A stretch of DNA of 62,429 bases, the filler included. It is 3 parts of 3 records of this genome, joined end to end, with 100 filler letters (N's around TTAATTAATTAA, not from the genome) between each part and the next. Parts side by side here need not be neighbours in the genome. Positions count along the whole stretch, not along the records: positions 1 to 29,370 come from SRR31156797_10762; positions 29,471 to 55,334 come from SRR31156797_10777; 1 more part is not named here. One strand, given 5' to 3'. Both the position numbers and the translations under genes were made by a program. Numbering within the stretch: the stretch's first letter is position 1; each line of letters begins with the position of its first letter. This document shows, in pieces, positions 22,623 to 34,730 of the stretch. Below the pieces are notes generated by a model. It was not told the DNA's origin. It worked only from the letters and a program-made list of their open reading frames with translations, and made no database searches.

Positions 22623-25172
22623 CTAGAATGCTACGTTTTCGAGGTATGAAAGCTCGAAGTCGCCCATTTTATCGAACTCGAGGTATCTGTAGATCTCCTC
22701 TTTGTTCGGAGCAACCTTAGCCTTATACATTTCCATGTACTTCTCAGGTGTAGGAAGTTCGCCGCAAAGTGCAGTGATAGCAGTAAGCTCAGCAGAACCG
22801 AGGAATACCTGCGAGTTATCACCGATACGGTTAGGGAAGTTACGTGTTGATGTAGAGAGAACAAAAGCCTCAGGAGCAACACGTCCCTGATTACCCATAC
22901 AGAGTGAACATCCAGGAATTTCTGTTCTGATACCGATGGAAGCGTAGATACCGTAGTATCCTTCGTCCATAAGCTGCATCTCGTCCATTCTTGTAGGAGG
23001 AGTGAGCCAGTTACGAGTCTTAGGGTAAGATTCGCCTTCCCAGATTTTACCAGCAGCACGGAAGTGACCGATGTTTGTCATACAAGAACCGATGAATGTC
23101 TCGTCGATTTTTGTACCGGCAACATCAGAGAGAAGCTTAACATCGTCAGGATCGTTAGGGCATGCGAGGATCGGCTCAGTGATTTCAGCGAGATCGATCT
23201 CGATAACCGCAGCGTACTCAGCATTTTCGTCTCTTTCGAGAAGCTCTGGTTTAGCGAGCCATGCGTTGCAGTCTTCGATACGTTTTTTAAGTGTATCAGC
23301 GTGAGCGTAGCCAGCATCTATCATCTTCTGCATAAGGACAACGTTTGAGCGGAGGTAGTCAGCAACTGCATCTTCGGAAAGCTTGATTGTTCCACCAGCA
23401 GCAGAACGCTCAGCTGTAGCGTCAGTAAGCTCGAAAGCCTGCTCAACAGTAAGGTCAAGACCTTCCATCTCAAGGATGCGTCCGTTGAAGATGTTCTTTT
23501 TGTTTTTCTTAGGTACTGTAAGGAGACCCTGCTTGATAGCCCAGTAAGGGATAGCGTTTACAGCATCTCTGAGTGTGATACCTTCGTTGAATTCGCCCTT
23601 GAACTTAACAAGAACTGACTCAGGTACGTCGAGTGGCATGAAGCCGAGCGCAGCACCGAAAGCAACAAGACCGGAACCAGCAGGAAGCGAAAGTCCCATT
23701 GGGAATCTTGTGTGTGAGTCTCCACCTGTACCGAGTGTATCAGGGAGGAGGAGTCTGTTCAGCCAAGAGTGAATAACACCATCACCAGGACGAAGAGCAA
23801 CACCCTTACGCTCTGAGATGAAGTTAGGAAGTGATTTATGCATTGTTACGTCTGCTGGTTTTGGATAAGCAGCAGTGTGACAGAATGACTGCATAACCAT
23901 AGGAGAGAGGAACTCAAGACAAGCGAGCTCTTTGATCTCGTCTCTTGTCATTGGTCCAGTTGTATCCTGTGATCCAACAGTAGTCATAAGCGGCTCGCAA
24001 GCTGTACCCGGAAGAACGCCTTCCACGCCAGCAGCTTTACCGATAATTTTCTGAGCAAGTGTGTAACCCTGATCAGCTTTAGCAACAGGATTAACAGCTT
24101 TAGTGAAAACGTCTGATTCGCCAAGACCGAGAGCTTCTCTAGCCTTGCCTGTGAGTGTACGACCGATGATAAGGTTAAGACGACCGCCAGCTCTGTATTC
24201 GTCTTTAAGAGTTATAGGCTTGATCTCGAAAGTGGAAAGAACTTTTCCAGCTTCGTCAGTAATTTCGCCTTTTTCTGTGTTGATGTTTACAACGTCGCCT
24301 GTGTTAAGAGCATCAACGTCACACATAATAGGAAGACCACCAGAGTCCTCTGTAGTGTTGAAGAAGATAGGAGCGATAACGGAACCGATGATAGTACCAC
24401 CGTTCTTCTTGTTAGGTACGAAAGGAATATCGTTACCGATTCTCCACATAACTGAGTTACATGCAGATTTACGGGATGAACCTGTACCGACAACGTCACC
24501 AACGAAAGCTACTTCAAAGCCATCTTCCTTCATTTTTTCCATATCAGCGTTCCCTTCAGGGAAACCTGTCTCACCCATAGCGAGAGCGTGAAGTGGGATA
24601 TCAGGACGGCTCCAAGCGTGCTTAGCAGGAGAGAAGTCGTCTGTGTTAGTCTCGCCAGCAACTTTGTAGATTTTAACCTGATACTCTTTTCTAAGCTCAG
24701 GCTTGCTTGTGAACCACTCAGCGTCAGCCCAAGACTGAACAACAGCTTTAGCATTGTCGTTAGACTTAGAGAGAGCGAGAACTTCTTCGAAAGCACCGTA
24801 AACAAGGATTGTTTTCTTAAGTGCATCAGCAGCATCAGCGCCAAGCTCAGCATCTGTAAGGAGCTCAACGAGGTATTTTACGTTATATCCACCGAGCATA
24901 GTGCCGAGGAGGAATGTCGCGCGCTTTTTATCTATAAGTGAGCAAGTAGTCTCACCTTTAGCTACCTTGCCAAGCCAGTCAGCCTTAACTTCGGAAGCCG
25001 GGTCAACCCCAGGTGGAACTCTGTTTTCGATAAGTGCAACAAGGTCAGCTGTAGCTTCCTTCTCGAGAAGGGAACAAACTTCAGCTGTGAATTCAGCAGT
25101 AAGTGGAAGAGCAGGAAGGCCTTGCTTGCCTCTGTCTTCAACTTGTTTCAGGTAGTCCTGCATCATAGTCAT
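22623..25172 (-). CDS. acnB: Aconitate hydratase B
   Basis: RVPPGVD, GETNTDD.SP, VGSQDTTGPMTRDE, FIGSCMTNIGH, PGCSLCMGNQ. Start ambiguous (25163-25178). Confidence 0.96.
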   Translation of the reverse strand: MTMMQDYLKQVEDRGKQGLPALPLTAEFTAEVCSLLEKEATADLVALIENRVPPGVDPASEVKADWLGKVAKGETTCSLIDKKRATFLLGTMLGGYNVKYLVELLTDAELGADAADALKKTILVYGAFEEVLALSKSNDNAKAVVQSWADAEWFTSKPELRKEYQVKIYKVAGETNTDDFSPAKHAWSRPDIPLHALAMGETGFPEGNADMEKMKEDGFEVAFVGDVVGTGSSRKSACNSVMWRIGNDIPFVPNKKNGGTIIGSVIAPIFFNTTEDSGGLPIMCDVDALNTGDVVNINTEKGEITDEAGKVLSTFEIKPITLKDEYRAGGRLNLIIGRTLTGKAREALGLGESDVFTKAVNPVAKADQGYTLAQKIIGKAAGVEGVLPGTACEPLMTTVGSQDTTGPMTRDEIKELACLEFLSPMVMQSFCHTAAYPKPADVTMHKSLPNFISERKGVALRPGDGVIHSWLNRLLLPDTLGTGGDSHTRFPMGLSLPAGSGLVAFGAALGFMPLDVPESVLVKFKGEFNEGITLRDAVNAIPYWAIKQGLLTVPKKNKKNIFNGRILEMEGLDLTVEQAFELTDATAERSAAGGTIKLSEDAVADYLRSNVVLMQKMIDAGYAHADTLKKRIEDCNAWLAKPELLERDENAEYAAVIEIDLAEITEPILACPNDPDDVKLLSDVAGTKIDETFIGSCMTNIGHFRAAGKIWEGESYPKTRNWLTPPTRMDEMQLMDEGYYGIYASIGIRTEIPGCSLCMGNQGRVAPEAFVLSTSTRNFPNRIGDNSQVFLGSAELTAITALCGELPTPEKYMEMYKAKVAPNKEEIYRYLEFDKMGDFELSYLENVAF

Positions 25173-25300
25173 GATCATCTCCTAATTAGAATTTTGATTT
25201 ATATCTGGCATGTCAATAAGTTAGTAGCCTATCAACCCGCCCCGTTTTTCTTTATATATAAGGACAAAGGACGCAATACACCCATTGCCTAACTAAAGAT

Positions 25301-25315
25301 TGTATTCTGTATACA
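25301..25315. promoter_or_regulatory. Palindromic operator upstream of acnB
   Basis: TGTATTC-T-GTATACA, one mismatch to the icd site. Confidence 0.65.
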
Positions 25316-25392
25316 ATATTGTCCACTGTTTTGTCAAAATATTTTAAAACATTTTTATAATTAATCACAGAAAAAGCTTTTCTGACTGGCAA

Positions 25393-26025
25393 TTATTTGA
25401 TCTGAGCGAATGCCCGAATAGGTGAACCGTCACCCTTAGCTATATTTAAAGGTATGTTATTAATGATAAAATCCTGACTTGTCAATGTGACAAGATTAGT
25501 GAGATTCTCTATGATAAGCATGTTTTGCTCGAAAAATATTTTATGAACATCGTAAGTAACAGTGTCCACCGGATCAACTGAAATCATATCCACACAGACA
25601 CCTTTCAGCTTATAACCAGCTAAAACCTTAGCCGCCTCAACATCTAAGACTGGATAATTATAGAAATAATCATCGCTCCCCCACTTCTCACTCCAACCTG
25701 AAAAGAGAAGAGCGAAGCTTGCGGTTGCTAGTTTATCTGAATGCCTATTTATATGATCAGCAGAGACAGTCCCCACCCCTCTCACATCAATAAGCACACC
25801 CTCACCAGAGAAATCAGAGATATGAAAATCTGACAAATTCTTTTTATCATATAATATATGACACGGGGCATCCATATGAGTTCCGGTGTGGGAAAACATG
25901 GTGAGCAATCGCTCTTCGAAACCGTCTTTATCTATTGTAGTAGCTATCTTTATCTCCGGCGGTTCAGTGCCGGGATAGACGGGCATCCCCTCAGTGAGAG
26001 GATGCGTCAGGTCTATTGTTTGCAT
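25393..26025 (-). CDS. Cyclase-family (kynurenine formamidase-like) metal hydrolase
   Basis: DLTHPL..MPVYPG, HTGTHMDAP.H, IIENL, GDGSPIRA. Confidence 0.88.
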   Translation of the reverse strand: MQTIDLTHPLTEGMPVYPGTEPPEIKIATTIDKDGFEERLLTMFSHTGTHMDAPCHILYDKKNLSDFHISDFSGEGVLIDVRGVGTVSADHINRHSDKLATASFALLFSGWSEKWGSDDYFYNYPVLDVEAAKVLAGYKLKGVCVDMISVDPVDTVTYDVHKIFFEQNMLIIENLTNLVTLTSQDFIINNIPLNIAKGDGSPIRAFAQIK

Positions 26026-26040
26026 TAAATTACCTTATTT

Positions 26041-26122
26041 GTCATCCTGAGCGAATGCGAAGGATCTTATACCTCTATAGAGTCCACGGGCACAGATTCT
26101 TCGGCTAAAGCCTTAGAATGAC
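26041..26122. repeat. REP/MITE-like palindromic element
   Basis: GTCATCCTGAGCGAATGCGAAGGATCT ... AGATTCTTCGGCTAAAGCCTTAGAATGAC, with nested inverted arms. Confidence 0.65.
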
Positions 26123-26125
26123 TAA

Positions 26126-27517
26126 TTATTCCTTCGGTCCAGTCATATCTTCCGGAACTACATATGTATCGAATTGATCTTCTGTAAGATATCCGAGCTT
26201 AACTGCTGTAGCCTTCAAAGTAGAATTCTCCGCAAAAGCGGTTTTAGCTATTTTCGCCGCCTTGTCGTAACCTATGTGCGGATTAAGTGCAGTCACGAGC
26301 ATAAGTGACTCGTGGAGATATTTATCTATCTGCTCACGGTTAGGCTTTATACCCACTGCGCAGTTATCTTTAAAGGAGTCCATCGCATCGCTAAGAAGCT
26401 GTACTGACTGCAAAAAATTATATATTATCACCGGCTTAAATACGTTCAGCTCAAAATTACCCTGACTAGCGGCAAAACCGACAGCCGCATCATTACCAAA
26501 AACCTGGCAAGCGACCATCGTAACAGCCTCAGACTGAGTCGGGTTCACTTTACCCGGCATGATGGAACTGCCCGGCTCATTAGCAGGAATCTCAAGCTCG
26601 CCTATACCGCAGCGAGGTCCGGATGCGAGCCAGCGCACATCGTTAGCGATCTTCATAAGGTTCGCCGCAAGCGCCTTTAAGGCTCCGTGGGCGAAAGTGA
26701 GAGCATCGTGTGATGTAAGTGCCTGAAATTTATTATCCGCAGACTGGAAACGCTTTCCTGTAAATCGGCTGATCTCATCTGAAACCATAAGCGAAAGCTT
26801 CGGGTGAGCGTTAAGCCCCGTTCCAACCGCTGTTCCGCCTATTGCCAGCTCACGAACATGATTAATCGCCTCATTTATCTGGCGAACGTTAGTCTCCAGC
26901 ATGGCAACATAGCCTGAAAACTCCTGTCCGAGAGTAAGAGGTGTCGCATCCTGAAGGTGCGTACGTCCGATTTTCACTATATTATTAAACTCTTCCATCT
27001 TAGAAGTGAGAACATCCTTAAGTCCCTCCAGTGAAGGTATAAGCTGATCTTCCACAACCATAACAGCGGCGATGTGCATAGCTGTCGGGAAAGTATCGTT
27101 TGAACTCTGAGACATATTCACATGGTCGTTCGGGTGAACTGCTTTCTCTTTACGGAAATTACAACCGAGAATCTCCGATGCACGGTTTGCGATAACCTCG
27201 TTCATATTCATATTAGTCTGTGTTCCGCTACCTGTCTGCCATACAGAAAGTGGAAACTGCTCTTCGAGCTTGCCCGCAATAACGTCATCGCAAGCCTTGG
27301 TCACAGCATTAGCCTTATCGTCGTGCAGCTTGCCGAGGCTGTTATTAACCACTGCGACCGACCTTTTAAGTATCGCAAAGGCATTTATAAGGCTAACCGG
27401 CATCTTCTCCCAGCCGATTTTAAAGTTCTGTAGAGACCTCTGTGTCTGAGCCGCCCAATAAGCATCTTCCGGAACCTGCATATCGCCCATAGTATCTTTT
27501 TCAATTCTGTATTTCAT
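26126..27517 (-). CDS. fumC: Class II fumarate hydratase
   Basis: [31 protein letters not shown] signature. Confidence 0.96.
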   Translation of the reverse strand: MKYRIEKDTMGDMQVPEDAYWAAQTQRSLQNFKIGWEKMPVSLINAFAILKRSVAVVNNSLGKLHDDKANAVTKACDDVIAGKLEEQFPLSVWQTGSGTQTNMNMNEVIANRASEILGCNFRKEKAVHPNDHVNMSQSSNDTFPTAMHIAAVMVVEDQLIPSLEGLKDVLTSKMEEFNNIVKIGRTHLQDATPLTLGQEFSGYVAMLETNVRQINEAINHVRELAIGGTAVGTGLNAHPKLSLMVSDEISRFTGKRFQSADNKFQALTSHDALTFAHGALKALAANLMKIANDVRWLASGPRCGIGELEIPANEPGSSIMPGKVNPTQSEAVTMVACQVFGNDAAVGFAASQGNFELNVFKPVIIYNFLQSVQLLSDAMDSFKDNCAVGIKPNREQIDKYLHESLMLVTALNPHIGYDKAAKIAKTAFAENSTLKATAVKLGYLTEDQFDTYVVPEDMTGPKE

Positions 27518-27540
27518 TTTTCTATTCTCCTCAAAATATC

Positions 27541-27607
27541 AGATACTTCACCTTCAGTTCAGGATGACAAAATGTCACTCTGAAGGAGTAATACCACTGA
27601 AGAATCT
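27541..27607. repeat. REP/MITE-like element of the same family as 26041-26122
   Basis: AGATACTTC..CAGGATGAC-AAAAT-GTCACTCTGAAGG..GAAGAATCT. Confidence 0.6.
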
Positions 27608-27696
27608 GTGTTTTATCAATCATATCTTAGATTATACAACACCAGCCTTTTTTTGCTATAGATATCAAAAAATAAATACTGTTCTGAATTTAGCAA

Positions 27697-27710
27697 GCGA
27701 CCACCGGGAG
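27697..27710 (+). repeat. Short intergenic repeat GCGACCACCGGGAG
   Basis: One mismatch to 6451-6464. Confidence 0.5.
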
Positions 27711-27809
27711 CGCAAGACAAGGCAGTTACGACTGCATTCACAGTATTGTGCTATGCCCAAGGGTGCCACCCTTTTAAACCAGCGTTCAATTTATGGGCTT
27801 GAAATTTCC

Positions 27810-27824
27810 TGTATATTGTATACA
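27810..27824. promoter_or_regulatory. Palindromic operator upstream of class I fumarase
   Basis: TGTATAT-T-GTATACA, one mismatch to the icd site. Confidence 0.65.
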
Positions 27825-27877
27825 ATCGTAATGCTTCAAACTAAAGTATATTCATACTATAAATACGTGAGGTGGCT

Positions 27878-28744
27878 ATGGAACTCAAAGATGCTATGCT
27901 TGAGTTGATTCGCAAAGCAACCACAGACCTTTCACCGGATGTGGAAGCTGCGATCAATACAGCTTACGACAGAGAAGATGAAGGCACAGCGGCTAAGAAT
28001 GTTTTCGGTACTATCAAAGAAAACATCGTGCTCGCTAGAGATGCTTCTACCCCTATCTGTCAGGACACAGGTTCTGTCATTATTTATGTTGACTTTCCTG
28101 TTGGCGATTCTGAAAAGAAGTACAAAGAAGCGGCTGAGTGGGCTGCTGCTGAAGCTACAAAGCTCCAGTACCTCCGCCCTAACGCTGTTGACCCTGTAAC
28201 AGGTAAAAACTCCGGTAACAATATCGGTGTTAACGCTCCTTACCTCCACTTTCACCAGTGGGACAAGGACGAGGTTAGAATCAGACTTATGCTCAAAGGT
28301 GGCGGTTCTGAGAACGTTGGTGCTCAGTACAAGCTTCCTGATGTTGCGCTTAAAGCCGGACGTGACCTTAAAGGCGTTAAAAAAGTCGTTATCGACGCAG
28401 TTCAGAAAGCTCAGGGACAAGGTTGTGCTCCTGGTACTATCGGTATTGGCATCGGTGGTGACAGAGTTACTTCTTTCGCACTCTCAAAAGAGCAGTTCTT
28501 CCGTAAACTCGGCGACAAAAGCGAAAATGCTGACCTCGCTGCTCTCGAGCAAGAGCTTTACGAAGACCTTAACAAACTCGGTATCGGACCTATGGGATTC
28601 GGTGGAAAGACTACCTGTCTTGGCGTTTTCGCCGGCATGCAGCACAGACACCCTGCGACATTCTATGTTTCAATCTCATACACATGCTGGGCATATAGAA
28701 GAAAGCAAATGACTATCAAAGGAAGTGAGGTGACATATGATTAA
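27878..28744 (+). CDS. Class I (Fe-S) fumarate hydratase, alpha subunit
   Basis: PICQDTG, LKGGGSEN, GCAPG, GIGPMGFGG. ATG 27878 follows GAGGTG. Confidence 0.9.
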   Translation: MELKDAMLELIRKATTDLSPDVEAAINTAYDREDEGTAAKNVFGTIKENIVLARDASTPICQDTGSVIIYVDFPVGDSEKKYKEAAEWAAAEATKLQYLRPNAVDPVTGKNSGNNIGVNAPYLHFHQWDKDEVRIRLMLKGGGSENVGAQYKLPDVALKAGRDLKGVKKVVIDAVQKAQGQGCAPGTIGIGIGGDRVTSFALSKEQFFRKLGDKSENADLAALEQELYEDLNKLGIGPMGFGGKTTCLGVFAGMQHRHPATFYVSISYTCWAYRRKQMTIKGSEVTYD

Positions 28745-29315
28745 GCTCACTACACCTATCAGTGAGGAGACTGCACGTTCACTCAAGGTGGGCGACGAAG
28801 TTCTTCTTACAGGAACTATAGTGACAGCTAGAGATGCTGCTCACAAACTTATGATCGAAGAGAGACCAGACTTCATCCGCGAACACCTGAAAGACGGTGT
28901 GATCTACCACTGCGGACCTGTTGTTAAGAAAGAAGGCGATGAATATTCATTCGTTGCTGCCGGTCCTACAACTTCTTCCCGTGAAGAGCCTTATCAGGCG
29001 GCTGTATGTGAGGAATACTCCGTTCGTGCCGTAATAGGTAAAGGCGGAATGGGACCTAAAACAGCAGAAGGACTTAAGAAAGTCGGCGCTGTTTACCTCC
29101 ACGCTGTTGGCGGTGCTGGTTCCCTCATCGGTAAGATGGTTACTAAAGTACACACAGTTTACAAGCTCGAAGAGTTCGGTACTCCTGAGGCTTTCTGGGT
29201 GTGCGAAGTTAAAGATTTCCCATGTGTTGTAACTATGGACAGCCACGGCGGCTCACTCCATAAAGATATCGCCGCTGCTTCACAAAAAGTAGCTGACGAA
29301 ATCATGGGGTTATAA
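28737..29315 (+). CDS. Class I fumarate hydratase, beta subunit
   Basis: TARDAAH, YHCGP, AGPTTS.R, IGKGGM, DSHG. Confidence 0.9.
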   Translation: MIKLTTPISEETARSLKVGDEVLLTGTIVTARDAAHKLMIEERPDFIREHLKDGVIYHCGPVVKKEGDEYSFVAAGPTTSSREEPYQAAVCEEYSVRAVIGKGGMGPKTAEGLKKVGAVYLHAVGGAGSLIGKMVTKVHTVYKLEEFGTPEAFWVCEVKDFPCVVTMDSHGGSLHKDIAAASQKVADEIMGL

Positions 29316-29370
29316 GTAGCACCTACTGGCGAGACACTACACTGTGTCAATATGCTAATTACCTCGTTTC

Positions 29371-29470
29371 NNNNNNNNNNNNNNNNNNNNNNNNNNNNNN
29401 NNNNNNNNNNNNNNTTAATTAATTAANNNNNNNNNNNNNNNNNNNNNNNNNNNNNNNNNNNNNNNNNNNN
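29371..29470. other. Artificial contig spacer
   Basis: N runs around TTAATTAATTAA (stops in all frames); gene content changes lineage across it. Confidence 0.97.
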
Positions 29471-29471
29471 A

Positions 29472-30320
29472 GCTACAGCCAGTGACTCAGCTCCTATGCA
29501 GTACATTGCACCATACGCAGGATGTGCAGTAGCCGAGGATTTCATGCTTCGTGGCAGAGACGCACTGATAGTGTATGATGATCTGTCAAAGCACGCAGTA
29601 GCATATAGAACTATGTCACTTTTGCTGCGCAGACCACCGGGACGTGAAGCGTATCCTGGAGATATTTTTTATCTGCACTCCAGACTTCTAGAGCGTGCCG
29701 CAAATATGAGCGAAGAGCGAGGAGGCGGTTCAATGACCGCACTTCCAATAGTTGAAACAATGGCAGGTGATATTTCAGCGTATATTCCAACCAATGTAAT
29801 ATCAATTACAGACGGACAGATATTCTTAGAATCTGAATTGTTCTTTTCTGGTGTCAGACCTGCTGTTAATGTAGGACTCTCTGTATCCCGTGTTGGCGGT
29901 TCAGCTCAGAAAAAGGCAATGAAAAAGGTATCTGGTACGTTGCGTATGGATTTGGCTCAATATAGGGAGATGGAAGTATTCGCACAGTTTTCATCTGAAC
30001 TGGATAAATCCACTCAGAATTTATTGGCACAGGGTAAAAGGCTGACAGAATTATTAAAGCAGCCTCAGTTTACTCCATATCCATTTGAGGAGCAGGTAGT
30101 ACTCTTGTATGTAATCAAGAAGAAATTAATCCTAAAGATGCCGGTAGAGCGTATAGTAGAATTCAAAGCTGAATTCTTAGAATACGTAAAGGTACACTAT
30201 ATGGATGTTATCAGAAGTATACAGACAACTGGCGAATTCTCTGAAGATAATGAAAAATCCCTGGATAAAGCATTTGATACCTTTATGAAGTCATTTATGC
30301 CGGAGGATGCTGATTCATGA
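29472..30320 (+). CDS. atpA: F1Fo ATP synthase alpha subunit (5' truncated by contig edge)
   Basis: [33 protein letters not shown]; frame open to the gap. Confidence 0.95.
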   Translation, partial: ATASDSAPMQYIAPYAGCAVAEDFMLRGRDALIVYDDLSKHAVAYRTMSLLLRRPPGREAYPGDIFYLHSRLLERAANMSEERGGGSMTALPIVETMAGDISAYIPTNVISITDGQIFLESELFFSGVRPAVNVGLSVSRVGGSAQKKAMKKVSGTLRMDLAQYREMEVFAQFSSELDKSTQNLLAQGKRLTELLKQPQFTPYPFEEQVVLLYVIKKKLILKMPVERIVEFKAEFLEYVKVHYMDVIRSIQTTGEFSEDNEKSLDKAFDTFMKSFMPEDADS

Positions 30321-31186
30321 ATATTACAGAGATAAAAAACAGAATAGCATCTATCGAGCAGACTCGAAAGATTACAAAGGCTATGTATCTGATATCTTCT
30401 GTAAAAATGCGTAAGGCAATAGCAAAGCTGGAAACCAATGCAACATATCTGGATAGACTTAGAAGTACTATTAAGGATATCCTTCTGCACAGAGGAGATA
30501 TAGAGAATCCGTACATCCACGAAGCAGAGGGTGAAAGAACAGCCTTCGTAGTAGTTGCAGGTGACAAGGGTTTGGCAGGACCGTTCAATCATAATATACT
30601 AAATATGGCTGTAAATCATATGGAGGGTGTGGCAGAAAGGTATCTTTTTACTATCGGTCATATGGCAACCAGCTTCTTTAATAGAAAGAAATATATGGTC
30701 GATATCGAGTTTCTGCACACAGCTCAGAATCCGGAGCTATATCATGCAAGACAAATATCAGAGGTTTTGATTGACCTGTATCTGCAAAATCACGTTGATA
30801 AAATTGAGATAATATATACTCATATGCTCTCTTCTGTAAAGCAGGAAGTAAGGGCTCTTACTATATTACCTGTTGATATGGATTACTATGATGATGTTAA
30901 TATAGACAGTGATTTTTCTGGTACATTCCAATATGACCCGTCACCAGAAAGTGTTTTTGATACTATTATTCCGCAGTATGTAATTGGTGTTATATATTCT
31001 GTTTTGGTACAGTCATACGCCAGCGAACAATCATGCAGAATGGCAGCTATGGATTCTGCCACAAACAATGCAGATGATATAATAAAGGATTTGAAGCTCA
31101 GATATTCCAGAGCAAGGCAGGCAGCCGTTACCAATGAAATGCTGGATATCAATAATGCTACTAATGCGGTACATGGCAGACGATAG
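30317..31186 (+). CDS. atpG: F1Fo ATP synthase gamma subunit
   Basis: [41 protein letters not shown]. Confidence 0.95.
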   Translation: MNITEIKNRIASIEQTRKITKAMYLISSVKMRKAIAKLETNATYLDRLRSTIKDILLHRGDIENPYIHEAEGERTAFVVVAGDKGLAGPFNHNILNMAVNHMEGVAERYLFTIGHMATSFFNRKKYMVDIEFLHTAQNPELYHARQISEVLIDLYLQNHVDKIEIIYTHMLSSVKQEVRALTILPVDMDYYDDVNIDSDFSGTFQYDPSPESVFDTIIPQYVIGVIYSVLVQSYASEQSCRMAAMDSATNNADDIIKDLKLRYSRARQAAVTNEMLDINNATNAVHGRR

Positions 31187-33024
<1,838 letters not shown>

Positions 33025-33183
33025 ATAAATATTCACATAGTCTGTAATGATAATTTGAACAAATATATGTATGTTTTATGTAATTTCATTTGCTATATAT
33101 TTATCTATTAGGATATTATGTATTAATGCATTGTTAGAGCTTTAACTATTTGTCAATAATAAGTAAATCTTAGTCTGTATCAG

Positions 33184-33212
33184 TTGATAAATGCGGTAGT
33201 TTTGTATATAAT
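33184..33212 (+). promoter_or_regulatory. SigA-type promoter of rpiB-upp
   Basis: TTGATA-N17-TATAAT. Confidence 0.7.
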
Positions 33213-33267
33213 ATACAAGATGTGCATTTGGATGATGTGACTAAGATATTTTTTAAGAAGGTGTAAA

Positions 33268-33705
33268 ATGATTTGTATCGGCAGTGACCACGCAGCTTTT
33301 AACTTGAAAGAACATATCAAGAAATTTCTGATTGATAAAGGATATGAAGTAGATGACGTTGGAACACATGCACCAATTTCCGTTCATTATCCTACATACG
33401 GTGAGCAGGTTGCACGAAAGGTAGCCAGCGGCGAATGCGATAAAGGCATTGTAATATGCGGAACTGGTATTGGCATATCTATGGCGGCATCTTGTGTTGA
33501 AGGCATACGTTGTGCAGTGTGTACAAATACATATATGGCCAGATTAGCCAGAGAGCATAATAATGCAAATATTATTGCCTTAGGTGCCAGAGTTATAGGC
33601 ACAGGAATGGCTGAAGAACTGGTAGAAACTTTTCTGACAACAGAATTTAGCGGCGGCAGACATGCCATTCGAATAGACATGATTGATAATATCAGACGCG
33701 ATTAG
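33268..33705 (+). CDS. rpiB: Ribose-5-phosphate isomerase B
   Basis: IGSDHA, ICGTGIG, AREHNNAN, F.GGRH..R. Confidence 0.95.
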   Translation: MICIGSDHAAFNLKEHIKKFLIDKGYEVDDVGTHAPISVHYPTYGEQVARKVASGECDKGIVICGTGIGISMAASCVEGIRCAVCTNTYMARLAREHNNANIIALGARVIGTGMAEELVETFLTTEFSGGRHAIRIDMIDNIRRD

Positions 33706-33761
33706 CTGCTAAGTTTTCTTTAAAAATGTAGTGAATTTATTGTAGAAAGGCAAGATAAACA

Positions 33762-34391
33762 ATGAGCAATGTATTTATAATGGACCATCCGCTGATTCAG
33801 CATAAGTTAACCCTTATCAGGGACAAACAGACAGGACCTAAGGAGTTCCGTGAATTAGTTGACGAAGTAGCCACATTGGTGGCGTTTGAGGTAACACGTG
33901 ATTTGCCTTTGATGGAAGTTGATATACAAACACCAGTCGAAAGAACAAAAGCAAAAGTATTAGCTGGCAAAAAAATCGGCGTAGTACCAGTGCTTCGTGC
34001 TGGACTGGGAATGGTAGATGGCATACTTAAGCTTGTACCTACCGCACGTGTGGGACATGTTGGTCTATACAGAGACCCAGATACATTAAAGCCTGTAGAA
34101 TACTACTGCAAACTTCCAGAGGATGTAGCAGAAAGAATATTAATTGTAGTTGACCCAATGCTGGCAACTGGCGGAAGTGCATCAGCAGCAATAAAATTCC
34201 TGAAAGAAAAAGGATGCACAACTATTAAATTGATGTGTTTGATAGCTGCACCTGAAGGAATCGAACGAGTACAGACAGAGCATCCAGATGTTAGTATCTA
34301 TGTAGCTGCAGTTGATGACAAATTAAATGATCACGGCTATATTGTGCCGGGACTTGGTGATGCTGGCGATCGCCTATTTGGAACAAAATAA
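33762..34391 (+). CDS. upp: Uracil phosphoribosyltransferase
   Basis: [34 protein letters not shown]. Confidence 0.97.
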   Translation: MSNVFIMDHPLIQHKLTLIRDKQTGPKEFRELVDEVATLVAFEVTRDLPLMEVDIQTPVERTKAKVLAGKKIGVVPVLRAGLGMVDGILKLVPTARVGHVGLYRDPDTLKPVEYYCKLPEDVAERILIVVDPMLATGGSASAAIKFLKEKGCTTIKLMCLIAAPEGIERVQTEHPDVSIYVAAVDDKLNDHGYIVPGLGDAGDRLFGTK

Positions 34392-34406
34392 GAGAGGTCA
34401 TAATAG

Positions 34407-34730
34407 ATGTCAAATTCTACATTGATTAAGAAAGTAATAGATGCAGAGCAAAAGGCAAATGAAATGCGCAGCAAAGCTTTGGAAGAGTCACGTCTGGCAA
34501 TACGTAATGCAGAGGAAGAGGCTGGAAAGGCTAAGGAAGAAGCATTAAAGAAAGCCAGAAGCAATGCTCGTGAAGCTATAGAAAAGCACCATGTTAGTGA
34601 AAAAAATAAAACAAATGCTGACAGAGACAAGCAGATAAAACAAAATGAAGCAAAACAACAGGAAGCAAAGAAGAATCTGCCAGATGCTGTAAAGTTGATA
34701 GTTGATATGGCATGTGAGGTAGGCAAGTAA
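34407..34730 (+). CDS. A/V-type ATPase peripheral stalk subunit (G/H-like)
   Basis: Coiled-coil with AEQKA; first gene of the operon, overlapping the subunit I start. Confidence 0.75.
   Translation: MSNSTLIKKVIDAEQKANEMRSKALEESRLAIRNAEEEAGKAKEEALKKARSNAREAIEKHHVSEKNKTNADRDKQIKQNEAKQQEAKKNLPDAVKLIVDMACEVGK

Noticed and set aside
27564-27908. 114-aa plus-strand ORF
   Set aside because: Runs through repeats and promoter elements and overlaps the fumarase start; likely spurious.
29415-29426. TTAATTAATTAA palindrome, also at 55379-55390
   Set aside because: Artificial linker within N runs.
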